Source: Gammaproteobacteria bacterium
GTDB lineage: Bacteria; Pseudomonadota; Gammaproteobacteria; GCA-002705445; GCA-002716945
NCBI GenBank assembly: GCA_038142325.1
Contig: JAYQJW010000002.1
Span: forward strand, 399,702 to 463,701
Reading direction: 5' to 3'
DNA length: 64,000 nucleotides
A program made the position numbers and the translations under genes. Shown here piece after piece: positions 20,839 to 31,309 of the stretch. The first letter of the stretch is position 1. The number at the start of each line of letters is the position of its first letter. The notes under the pieces are model-generated. The model did no database searches. It was not told the origin of the DNA and was given only the letters and a program-made list of their open reading frames with translations.

Positions 20839-21029
20839 TAACTAATAACGACTATAGAATATTAGGAGTAAATGCTAATGATGACATGTCTGTAATAAAA
20901 GCAGCTTATAGAAGACTAGCGTCAAAATATCATCCAGACAAAAATAAGAACGATTCTCAATCTATCAAAATATTTATAAGAATTAAATCTGCATATGAAC
21001 ATATAAGGAGCTTCAAAGAAAATGAATAA
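20835..21029 (+). CDS. Stand-alone J-domain protein (64 aa)
   Basis: DYRILGV...AYRRLASKYHPDKN...AYEHI shows helices I-III of a DnaJ J-domain with an intact HPD motif. ATGA overlaps the mraZ stop, and there is an 8-nt overlap with the rsmH start. Confidence 0.7.
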   Translation: MITNNDYRILGVNANDDMSVIKAAYRRLASKYHPDKNKNDSQSIKIFIRIKSAYEHIRSFKENE

Positions 21030-21955
21030 TACTCAGTTCCATATTCCAGTAATGAAGAATGAAGCAATCAAACATCTGATAACGGATAAGAGTGGAGTAT
21101 ATATAGATGCTACCCTTGGATATGGGGGCCACTCAATTTCAATATTAGAAAATACTAATCAGGACGCAAAAATTTTTGCGGTTGATAAAGACAAGGATGC
21201 TATTGATTATAATAAAAAACAATTTGCGCAAGAGAATAGGTTTACCCTAAAACATGGATGTTTCTCTTCTCTTGATGAATATGCTAGGACATGGAATATA
21301 TATGGATCAGTTAACGGTATTTTGTTTGATCTTGGTGTTTCTTCTGTCCACTTAGATGATGCAGACAGAGGGTTTAGTTTCAATAAAGATGCTCCTTTAG
21401 ACATGAGATTCAATCGAACTTACGGCAAAAAAGCCTCAGAATATATAAATGAGTTACCAGAAAAAGATATTGAGCACATCTTAAGAGTATACGGGCAGGA
21501 AAAATTTTCAAAAAGAATTGCTAAAAACATAATCAAACATAGAGCATTGAGCCCTATTAACCAGTACTCTCGAGCTAGTGAATATAATCAACAAATCTGT
21601 TTTAGTTAATGATAAGAATAAACATAATGCGACCAGATCTTTTCAAGCTTTGAGAATCTTTGTCAACAAGGAACTAGATGTTCTCAAAAGTATTTTAGAA
21701 AAATCATACAGCATACTAGCCCCTAAAGGTAGATTAGTTCTTATAACTTATCATTCACTTGAAGAACGAGTTATAAAAGATTTTATGATATTGACCGATC
21801 ATAATTTATCTACACCTAGAAAAATACCCATAAAAAATGAATTTCTTAAAAAGTTATTTAACTTAATAAAAAAAATTAAACCATCTCAAAGTGAAATCAT
21901 AGAAAATACAAGATCAAGATCAGCAAAAATAAATGTATTGGAGAAATCAATATGA
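21022..21955 (+). pseudogene. rsmH: 16S rRNA (cytosine1402-N4)-methyltransferase RsmH/MraW, one frame break
   Basis: Fragments are 21022-21609 (HIPVM..., DATLGYGGHS, FDLGVSS) and 21578-21955 (RSFQALRIFVNKEL). The break is at about 21559-21563 (PIN / STLELVNII). Confidence 0.85.
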
Positions 21956-22221
21956 ATTTGACAGCTTCTTTTGTTTTAATTTTACTTATAACCATCTCAG
22001 CTTTTGGAGTTATCTTTATAAAATATCAAAATAGAATCTTAAATATTGAAATATCTGAAAATGAAAAGAAACATTATTATTTATCTGAATCATATAGACA
22101 GTTGCTAAAAGATAAAGCTGATATTACAGATAAAGTTTTACAAAAAAATAGCTTAGGAAAGGCTCTTAATATGCAGCTGCCAAGTAAAGAAAGAATTTTA
22201 ATCATGAATATTGATCAATAG
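21952..22221 (+). CDS. ftsL: Cell division protein FtsL
   Basis: 89 aa with a single N-terminal TM helix followed by a coiled-coil-like region. It sits in the canonical position after rsmH. Confidence 0.75.
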   Translation: MNLTASFVLILLITISAFGVIFIKYQNRILNIEISENEKKHYYLSESYRQLLKDKADITDKVLQKNSLGKALNMQLPSKERILIMNIDQ

Positions 22222-22230
22222 GAGGACACC

Positions 22231-23364
22231 ATGTTTGAAATAGTAAATAATTATAATCAAAATGCGGTTATCAAAGTTATTGGTGTAGGCGGTGGCGGTG
22301 GTAACGCTATTATGTCGATGCTTAAGTCTCAAATTCATGGGGCAGATTTTTTAATTGCAAATACTGATGTACAAGCCCTAAGGGATATAGACGGAGCAGT
22401 CACGGTTCAGATAGGCTCCGAAATAACCAAAGGATTAGGAGCTGGCGCAGATCCTGAAAAAGGTAGGCAAGCAGCACTTGAAGCAAGCGAAACTCTAAAA
22501 GAGTCAATTGAAGGAGCAGATATGCTTTTCATAGCCGCTGGTATGGGTGGTGGAACAGGAACAGGTGCAGCACCAGTTATTGCCCAGATTGCTAGGGATT
22601 TAGGTATACTTACTGTCGCTGTAGTCACAAAACCATTCGATTTTGAGGGTCCAGAGAGAATGGCAAATGCACAAGAAGGCATAGATAATCTAGAACAATG
22701 GGTGGATTCACTCATCGTAATACCAAATTCAAAACTTAAAGAGGTTTATGGCGGAGGAGAATCCATATTTTCATCATTTGAAAACGCTAATGATGTACTG
22801 AGAGGTGCTGTCAAAGGAATAACAGAAATTATAACTATTAGAGGTTTTATGAATGTGGATTTCGCAGATGTTAAAACCGTAATGTCAGGAATGGGCAAGG
22901 CAATGATGGGTTCAGGTGTTTCATCTGGTGAAAATAGAGCTGAAGAAGCTGTTACTACAGCACTTAGCAGTCCTTTACTTGATAACATAAACCTTAAAGG
23001 TGCAAGTGGAGTTCTTGTAAACATTACATCTGGTTCAGATTTGACTACAGATGAATTTGAAGTTATTGGAAATAAAATCAGAGAAATTGCACATGAAGAC
23101 GCTAAGATTATCACCGGCTGTATTAAAGAAGACGATAATATAGGAGACTTGAGAGTTACTATAATTGCAACAGGTTTTGCACAAAACAATGTAGCAGATA
23201 TTGTAACTACTGAATCCTCTTTAGAAGAACAACCTAAAGAAAATATGAATAGTGTAACAAGCTTTCAAAACTCAAATAATAATATTGAACATGTAGATCT
23301 ATCTGGACAAGAAGATCAAACTTCAATAGACATACCAGCATTTTTAAGACAACAAGCTGATTGA
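22231..23364 (+). CDS. ftsZ: Cell division GTPase FtsZ (in a non-canonical position between ftsL and ftsI)
   Basis: 377 aa with GVGGGGGNA, the tubulin signature GGGTGTGAAP, NTDVQAL and the C-terminal peptide DIPAFLRQQAD. A strong aggagg RBS overlaps the ftsL stop. Confidence 0.97.
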   Translation: MFEIVNNYNQNAVIKVIGVGGGGGNAIMSMLKSQIHGADFLIANTDVQALRDIDGAVTVQIGSEITKGLGAGADPEKGRQAALEASETLKESIEGADMLFIAAGMGGGTGTGAAPVIAQIARDLGILTVAVVTKPFDFEGPERMANAQEGIDNLEQWVDSLIVIPNSKLKEVYGGGESIFSSFENANDVLRGAVKGITEIITIRGFMNVDFADVKTVMSGMGKAMMGSGVSSGENRAEEAVTTALSSPLLDNINLKGASGVLVNITSGSDLTTDEFEVIGNKIREIAHEDAKIITGCIKEDDNIGDLRVTIIATGFAQNNVADIVTTESSLEEQPKENMNSVTSFQNSNNNIEHVDLSGQEDQTSIDIPAFLRQQAD

Positions 23365-23378
23365 TAGTAAAGTAAAAA

Positions 23379-25079
23379 ATGAAAAATGGAGACTATTATT
23401 ATTTTTAATAATAGCCTCCATTACACTTCTAATAATTATTATTAGATTATATTTAATCCAAATCAAAGGTACTGATTGTTTTTATTTCAACGAGAGTGCT
23501 TGCAAGGAAAATATATTAAATGAGGGAAAAAAAAGACAGATACAAAATATAATAACTAAAGAGCAGCGGGGTATTATATTTGATAGAAATAACAATATCT
23601 TAGCAATGTCATTGCCTTCTAAGACTTTATGCATTAATCCAAGTAAGCTTTACACTATAGAACATAAAAGTGATTTAAAAAAAATTTCAGAAATTATTAA
23701 TATTCCTTATCAGAAAATCAAGAAAACAATATACAGAAATAAAGATAAAAAGGAATATTATTTAAAAAGACATATTTCAAAATTAGAGTTTACAAAGATT
23801 GAAAAATATACAAACTCTTATATTTATTTCATTAATGAAAGTAAAAGATCGTATTTAGGAGGCGAGGCATTTTCTAATGTTCTAGGTTTTACTAATGTTG
23901 ATGATGTGGGACAGGAAGGAATTGAGCTTGCCAAAAATGAAGTCTTAAAACCTTCAGATGGAATTAAAAAAAATAAAAAAAGATAATATCGGTCGAGCTA
24001 TTGAAACATTAGAAATCATAAAGAAATCTAAGGCTGGATTAGACATTACACTTACGCTTGATAAGCAAAAACAAATTATTGCATATGATGTTTTGAAGAA
24101 ATATGTAAAGAAGTTTGAGGCAGACAGCGCATCTATTGTTCTTATTGAAACAGCTACTGGTAATATTTTGTCAATGGCAAATTATCCTTCTTTTGATCCA
24201 GAAACAAGAAAAAGTTATACAGGTGCAAAAATCAAGAACAGAATTATTCATGATTTAATAGAGCCAGGATCAACCATAAAGCCCTTAATAATTTATGCCG
24301 GACTTCATCATAATACGATTAATCACGATACGATCATTGATACTGCCCCAGGAGTCATAAAGCTTGATGATAAAGAAATTAAAGATTGGAAATTTTTAGG
24401 AAAAGTTTCATCAGGAGATATCATTAAGTACTCGAGCAATATTGGTGCGGCTAGGGTATCAACAATGCTATCAAAAAAACAACTAATCAATAATCTTGAG
24501 AAATTTGGATTTGGACATTCACTATATATAGATCTTCCAGGATCTAGATATGGAAAGTTACCAACAACTAATGAAATATCGAAATCTGAACATCACAGTA
24601 TTGGTTATGGGTATGGTATCTCTGTATCATTAATGCATTTAGTGAATGCATATACGATACTGGCAAATGAGGGGTATTATACTCAACTGAAATATATCAA
24701 TAGTAATGAATCATACTTTGAGAAGGGGCATCAGTTGTTAGATAGTAAAAAAACATCAATCGTTCTTAATATGATGAAGAAAGTAGTTCACTCAGATGAT
24801 GGAACTGGAAAAAAAGCTAAAGTCAATGGATATACGACATACGGTAAAACAGGTACCGTAAGACTTCTAAAAAATGGAAAATATAATACCAATAACCACA
24901 ATGCATTATTTGTTGGCATAGTAGGAGATCCTGCACCTAAATTTGTTGCAGCTGTTATTATAAGAGAACCAAAAGACAGACAAGGCTCAGGAGGTTATCA
25001 TGCTGCACCAGTTTTTGGTGAATTCATGCAACATATCATGAGAATTGATAGCAACATAGAATATGCAGGCTCAAGATAA
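23379..25079 (+). pseudogene. ftsI: Peptidoglycan D,D-transpeptidase FtsI (PBP3), two frame breaks
   Basis: STIKP, SSN and KTGT motifs are present. The TM anchor WRLLLFLIIASITLLIIIIRLYLIQIKG is open from about 23372 but out of frame with ATG at 23379 (A5 run at 23382-23386). The second break is in the A8/A7 runs at 23966-23981. Track fragments are 23606-23986 and 23958-25079. Confidence 0.85.
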
Positions 25080-26484
25080 ATTAAAACAATATAAAAATTT
25101 TATCTTATGCAACACACGGCATGACAAGTATTTATCAAATAGATTTTGTATTAATTCTAAGTATTTGAGAGAGAATCAGGTATTTATATCACTTGAGAAA
25201 AACATCAAAAAAAATTTTTCTAATATAAAAGATGCTATAAAAAAAGGCGCAAGTGGATTTATCACTCCATTTATTTACTCACGGAAAATACTTAATAAAC
25301 CGGTTCCTTATTTAGTATCAAAAGATATCTTCAGTACATATAGTAAGTTGTTTAAATATGATTTATTAAAAATTAAGCAATTACCTTGCCTTATTGGAGT
25401 TACTGGGACTAATGGAAAGACTTCTACGTCATTACTACTTGCAGATTCACTAACAATACAGAATAAAAAAGTAGGATTAATTTCAAGTGAGGGTGTCGGC
25501 ATATACCCTAATACTTTGCAAAATGATTATACAACACCACCAATTGATATAATTTACAAAAATATAATTAATTTTTCATTGAAGAAATGTGATTACATTA
25601 TCATTGAGTGTTCATCACAAGGGTTACATCAAGGAAGATTAGACGGTATATATTTTGATTATTCAGTAATAACAAATATTGATAAAGATCATATTGATTA
25701 TCATAAAACTCTAAGGGATTACATTCATTCAAAGTTAAATATAATTAATCAGAGCATAAAAGTAGTATTGAATCATGATTGTATAAATTTAAAAAAAATT
25801 GATAATTCCCAATATAAATGTAAACAAAAGTATTACATCTCAAAAAATCCAATAAACAAAAAAAATTTTATAGATACAGATATCTTAGGATCATTTCATA
25901 AAACAAAAATGAATCCTTTTAATAAGTATTCGATAAAATTAATAATCGCATTAATGAAGCTAGAGAATTTCAGTATTGATGAAATATTAGAATCTATATC
26001 CAGATTGAGACCACTAAAAGGTAGAAGACATATTATATCTACAAAACACAATGGCATATTTTTAATAGATTATGCACATACTGAACAAGCTTATAAAAAT
26101 ATATTTTATGATTTTTGTAAAAATAAAAAAGTTCGTACTTTATTTGGATGTGGCGGTGACAGAGATACTTCTAAAAGAAAGTTAACTGCAAAGATTGTTG
26201 ATAAATTCTCATCAGAAATAATAATGACAGAAGATAACTCTAGAACCGAAAAATTTTCTGTTATCAAAAAAGATATTATTTCTGGCATCGTACATAAAAA
26301 TAGAGTCAGGGTTATTGAAAACAGGAAAAAAGCAATAAAATATCTTTTTGAAACCTCAACCAAAAACGAATTAAATTTAATACTAGGTAAAGGTAATGAA
26401 AACTTTATTCTAAAAAATAACAGAAAAATAAAGCATAATGATATTGATTATTTAGAGGGTCTAATAAGTAAGAATGGAAGTTAA
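25063..26484 (+). CDS. murE: UDP-N-acetylmuramoyl-L-alanyl-D-glutamate--2,6-diaminopimelate ligase
   Basis: 473 aa with GVTGTNGKTST, DYAHTEQA and GCGGDRD motifs, in the canonical dcw position. Confidence 0.88.
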   Translation: MQAQDKLKQYKNFILCNTRHDKYLSNRFCINSKYLRENQVFISLEKNIKKNFSNIKDAIKKGASGFITPFIYSRKILNKPVPYLVSKDIFSTYSKLFKYDLLKIKQLPCLIGVTGTNGKTSTSLLLADSLTIQNKKVGLISSEGVGIYPNTLQNDYTTPPIDIIYKNIINFSLKKCDYIIIECSSQGLHQGRLDGIYFDYSVITNIDKDHIDYHKTLRDYIHSKLNIINQSIKVVLNHDCINLKKIDNSQYKCKQKYYISKNPINKKNFIDTDILGSFHKTKMNPFNKYSIKLIIALMKLENFSIDEILESISRLRPLKGRRHIISTKHNGIFLIDYAHTEQAYKNIFYDFCKNKKVRTLFGCGGDRDTSKRKLTAKIVDKFSSEIIMTEDNSRTEKFSVIKKDIISGIVHKNRVRVIENRKKAIKYLFETSTKNELNLILGKGNENFILKNNRKIKHNDIDYLEGLISKNGS

Positions 26485-27810
26485 ATTGACAAATATATCA
26501 AAATTTCTATCTTCAAGTTTATATGGAGAAGATGCTTTTATTAATAACATTAGTATTGATAGCAGAGATGTTAAAAAAGGTGATCTATTCATTGCTATTA
26601 AGGGAGATAATTTTGACGGGCATGATTTTATAGATGAATCAATAAAAAATGGCGCATCAGCAATTGTTTGCAATAAATCAGCAACAAAAAGAGTGCGGCA
26701 ACATACCTCATATTATTTGTGATGATACTATTGACGCATTGGGTGTAATTGCATGCAACCTAAAAAAAACTATGGGGCAACCATTTACAATTGGAGTTAC
26801 TGGCACAAATGGAAAAACATCAGTAACAAAGCTTACTGCCGAAATATTAAAACAATCATTCAATGTAAGCACTACCATTGGAAATTTTAATAATGATATT
26901 GGATTACCATTATCAATTTTTAAGGCATTTAATAACGAAACTGATAAATGTGTTTATGAGTTAGGAGCAAGTAAAAAAAATGATATTTCTCAACTAGTTA
27001 ATATATGCGAGCCTGATATGACGACATTATTAAATGTTTCAGAAGCTCATATGCAATCTTTTGGAAATATGGAAAATCTTATTTCTACAAAAGAGGAAAT
27101 TTTTTCTCATCCAAGAACCAATCAAGTAATCTTAAATAAAGATGACTTATATTATTCTAAGTGGGCTAGACTCAATAATGATAAAAAAATTACCACAATT
27201 TCAGCTAAAGAAAATGCGGACTATATGATCAAATATAATAATGAGACTGGATTGTTATTTCACAACTGTTAAAGGAGATTTCAGTATTGATAAAAAATAT
27301 ACTACTGGCCATCTCCCTATCAATATGTTGTTTAGCGTTTCATTAGCAATGGAAGCTGGAGCAAATATCGAGGATGTTCAAAATGGCTTGCAATCATTTA
27401 AAGGAGTAAAAGGTAGGTTTTACAAATTTATATCAAAAAATAAATCCACTGTAATTGATGATTCTTATAATGCGAATCCTATGTCCATGAAATCGTCTAT
27501 TAAGCAACTTGAGATTTTTAGTAAAGATAAAATATTTATTATGGGAGATATGGGAGAGCTAGGTGATGCAGCTCTTGAGCATCATATAGAAATTTTTCGT
27601 TTTGCAAAGGATTCAGGTATAAAATATTTACTATACATGGGTAATTATAAATCTGAAGCTAAGTCAATATTTGGAAAACGCTGTTATACTTATAGCGATA
27701 TGAGTGATTTAATAAATCATGCAAAACAGTTATCTAATAGTGATAGTGTAATTTTGATTAAAGCATCAAGATTTATGAGTTTTGATTTAATAGCTGAAGG
27801 TTTGAAATAG
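26474..27810 (+). pseudogene. murF: UDP-N-acetylmuramoyl-tripeptide--D-alanyl-D-alanine ligase MurF, two frame breaks
   Basis: There are three colinear fragments: 26474-26722, 26649-27272 (GVTGTNGKTS) and 27241-27810 (DDSYNANP, GDMGELG). The breaks are at about 26.65-26.70 kb and 27.24-27.27 kb. Confidence 0.85.
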
Positions 27811-27813
27811 ACA

Positions 27814-28899
27814 ATGCTTCTAAATTTTTTCGAATATCTATCTCAATTCAATTCAGGTTTTAATGTATTTCAATATCTGACACTCAGAATTGTAATGGGT
27901 GCATTGACATCACTTCTCATCTCATTAATCCTTGGTCCGTATATTATTTCTTTTTTAAGAAGTAAACAATTTTATCAGTCTATAAGAGAGGATGGTCCAC
28001 AAAATCACCTCAGTGATAAGAATACAACTCCTACTATGGGAGGTATTATAATAATATTTAGCGTTGTTATCTCGACTATACTTTGGTCTGATTTAGGGAA
28101 TCAATATGTTCTTATACTTCTATTTGGGATTTTAAGTTTTGGACTGATAGGCTTCTATGATGATTATAAGAAACTAATAAAAAAAAACAGCGATGGCATT
28201 AAAGGAAGATTTAAACTTTTATTTCAAATAATTTCTGCATCACTGATTACTATTTACTTATTCATATACATGGATACTGGTCAAATTAGTTCTGTGATGC
28301 CTTTTTTAAAAGATAATAGCTTTCAACTTGGTATTTTATTTATACCTTGGTCTATATTTATTTTGGTAGGTTCATCAAATGCTGTAAATCTGACAGATGG
28401 CCTAGACGGACTTGCTATTTTACCTTGTATACTAATCGCATCTGCATTTGTTATTTTTTCTTATGTTCATGGAAATGTAAATATATCTGAATATTTATTG
28501 ATACCTTATATTGAGGGTTCTGGAGAATTAGCAATATTTTCAGCTTCATTAGTTGGAGCTGGTCTCGGTTTCCTTTGGTTTAATTCATATCCTGCCGAGA
28601 TATTTATGGGCGATTGTGGGTCTTTATCACTTGGCAGCTCTCTAGGCTTATTAGCTATTATCTTAAAACAGGAACTTGCATTTGCGATCATGAGCGGAAT
28701 TTTTATTGCAGAAGTTTTGTCGGTAATCCTTCAAGTATCATCATATAAATTACGAAATGGAAAAAGAATCTTTAAGATGGCTCCTCTTCATCATCATTAT
28801 GAGCTCTCAGGCTTGTCAGAGCCTAAAATCATTATGAGATTTTGGATAATTACATTCGTTCTCGTTCTCATCGCATTATCTACTTTGAAGATTAGATGA
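27814..28899 (+). CDS. mraY: Phospho-N-acetylmuramoyl-pentapeptide transferase
   Basis: 361 aa, polytopic. Motifs are TPTMGG, NAVNLTDGLDGLA and APLHHHYE. Confidence 0.95.
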   Translation: MLLNFFEYLSQFNSGFNVFQYLTLRIVMGALTSLLISLILGPYIISFLRSKQFYQSIREDGPQNHLSDKNTTPTMGGIIIIFSVVISTILWSDLGNQYVLILLFGILSFGLIGFYDDYKKLIKKNSDGIKGRFKLLFQIISASLITIYLFIYMDTGQISSVMPFLKDNSFQLGILFIPWSIFILVGSSNAVNLTDGLDGLAILPCILIASAFVIFSYVHGNVNISEYLLIPYIEGSGELAIFSASLVGAGLGFLWFNSYPAEIFMGDCGSLSLGSSLGLLAIILKQELAFAIMSGIFIAEVLSVILQVSSYKLRNGKRIFKMAPLHHHYELSGLSEPKIIMRFWIITFVLVLIALSTLKIR

Positions 28900-30173
28900 A
28901 TATTTTTCAATCCTCTTTTTTAATATTAGGAAAAGGAACAACATTTAGACATTGCAGTGAATTTTTTAAAAAAAATGATGTAACTTATTCCTCATTAGTA
29001 ACAGAGGATATTCTAGAAATAAAAGAAAATATTATTATTTTAAAGCATGGTGAAATTAACTTAAAAAATATTGATTATATTGTAATAAGTCCAGGAATTT
29101 CCTCTTCAAATCCGATTGTTAGACGTCTATTTACTATAAAGTCAAAAATAATTACTGACATAGAGATTCTTCAAAAACTATCATCATCGAAATTTATATG
29201 TGTTACTGGAACTAATGGTAAAACCTCTACTGTAAACTTACTAGCTGATATTTTGAATGACAATGATATAAGCGCTATAGCATGTGGCAATAATGGGGTA
29301 TCAGTGTTTGACTCTCTAGAAAAACCATATGAATATGTCATTCTTGAGATATCGAGTTACCAGCTAGAGTATATAAATAAATTAAAATCATTTATTTCTA
29401 TAGTTCTAAACATATCAATGGATCATATTGATAGGCATAAATCTTTAACTAATTATATAAATTTGAAATTGAGAATTTTTAATAATTCAAAATTTCAGAT
29501 TATAAATAGCAAGCTAAAAAAATATTATCATTGCCAGACATTTGAAATTAAAAAAAATAAATTTTTAATAGATAATACTGCATTAGATAATCTATTTATC
29601 AATGAAGATAATATGATAGTTTTTGAAGATGAAAAATATGCTATTTCTGGTAGGCATGAAGCATTAAATTTATGTGCGTGTATACCAATATTAAAAAAGC
29701 TAAATTTTTCTATAACTAAAATTATCGAATCCTTTTCAAAACGTAATTTTTTACAACATAGAGTTGAAGAAATTTGTACATATAAAGGAGTAAAATTCAT
29801 CAATGATTCAAAATCTACAAATGCAGATTCTACATTGAATGCTCTTAATTCAGTAAAAGAAAATATTATTTTAATTATGGGTGGGGATGATAAAAAAATA
29901 TCATATGAGAGCTTAATAGATATCATTAATGAAAAAGTAAAATCTCTTGTGATTATTGGTGAGAATAAAACTTTAATTAATGACTTAGATGTAAAGGTTA
30001 AAAAGTCTTACATAGAAAATCTAGAGGATGCAATATCTTATATTTTATCCAATGTAGTTTCAGGTGATACTGTACTCATGTCACCTGGAACATCTAGTTT
30101 TTATCATTACTCTGACTACATGGAAAGAGGCGAGCATTTTAAATCATTAGTTAAGAAACATGCTAATCAATAA
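28896..30173 (+). CDS. murD: UDP-N-acetylmuramoylalanine--D-glutamate ligase
   Basis: 425 aa with VTGTNGKTST and DSKSTN motifs, in the canonical position. Confidence 0.88.
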   Translation: MNIFQSSFLILGKGTTFRHCSEFFKKNDVTYSSLVTEDILEIKENIIILKHGEINLKNIDYIVISPGISSSNPIVRRLFTIKSKIITDIEILQKLSSSKFICVTGTNGKTSTVNLLADILNDNDISAIACGNNGVSVFDSLEKPYEYVILEISSYQLEYINKLKSFISIVLNISMDHIDRHKSLTNYINLKLRIFNNSKFQIINSKLKKYYHCQTFEIKKNKFLIDNTALDNLFINEDNMIVFEDEKYAISGRHEALNLCACIPILKKLNFSITKIIESFSKRNFLQHRVEEICTYKGVKFINDSKSTNADSTLNALNSVKENIILIMGGDDKKISYESLIDIINEKVKSLVIIGENKTLINDLDVKVKKSYIENLEDAISYILSNVVSGDTVLMSPGTSSFYHYSDYMERGEHFKSLVKKHANQ

Positions 30174-31307
30174 AATAAAAAATACTTTCGACTTCTTTGA
30201 CAGTAGAGGGCTAGATAATATCTTTTTAATATGTATTACAAGTCTTCTTCTAATTGGTTTGGTGATGATAACCTCATCCACGGCTGATTTTGCTGCAAGA
30301 AAATTTTCTAATCCACTTTTCTTTTTTAATAAACATTTAATTTTTATAATGTTGGGCTTAATAGTCTTGTATTTTGTATCAAGAATCAAAATGAAACTAT
30401 ATTACGATTATGGTCAGTTCTTCTTTTACTATCAATCTTTCTATCTTTATTAGTTCACATACCAGGCATCGGTTTAACAGTAAATGGCGCAACAAGATGG
30501 ATAAATCTTGGGATATTTACATTACAAATATCAGAAATCTCAAGACTATTCTTTTTTATTTGGTTGTCTGGTTTCATTGTTAGAAATGATTTTAATAAAA
30601 ACTCTCTTAAAATATTCATTTTTTTAACTATTTTAATGATGGTAATTGTTTCCCAAAGGGATTTCGGCAGTATGATATTGTTATTTATGTCATTTATAGT
30701 GTTTGCTTTTCTCAGCAACTTAAAAATATCCCACCTTTTCAAATTACTTGCTTTCACTGCTATACCTATTTTTTTATTAATTTTTTTATATCCTTATAGA
30801 ATTCAAAGATTACTTGCATTTATAGATCCATGGAGTGACCCTCAAGGGGGTGGCTATCAAATAATTGCCTCTCAAATTGCGCTATCTTCAGGAGGACTCT
30901 TTGGACAGGGACTAGGGTCTAGTATGCAAAAATTATTTTATCTTCCAGAGCAGTATAATGACTTTATACTCGCTATAATTGGAGAAGAATTAGGCTTCAG
31001 TTTCTTATTAATATTATTAGTCTTGTATGTTATTTTGTTTACAAGAATATTTACTTTTTATAAAAGAACGTTGAATATATCTCAATTTTCATCAAATATT
31101 ATTTTATCTATTTTTCTTTTAATTATTATGCAAACTACAATTCATGTTTTAGTAAATATAGGATTATTTCCTACCAAAGGCATGGGGTTACCATTTATAA
31201 GTTATGGAGGTACGAATTTACTTCTTATGTTTACATATATTGGAATCTTGATAAGAATTCAAATAGAAAATAAACAGAACATTAGTCAAGCTGTTCAGAA
31301 TAACTAA
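30160..31307 (+). pseudogene. ftsW: Peptidoglycan glycosyltransferase FtsW (SEDS family), one frame break
   Basis: Track fragments are 30160-30453 and 30564-31307. The conserved stretch HIPGIGLTVNGATRWINLGIFTLQISEISRL is read in the second frame from about 30415. The break is at about 30390-30420. Confidence 0.85.
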
Positions 31308-31309
31308 AA

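Noticed and set aside
22407-23189. Two long minus-strand ORFs (22407-22715 and 22746-23189, 102 and 147 aa) inside ftsZ.
   Set aside because: They are antisense shadows of the highly conserved, relatively GC-rich ftsZ frame. The translations are low-complexity (P/S/A-rich), with no start context or family resemblance.
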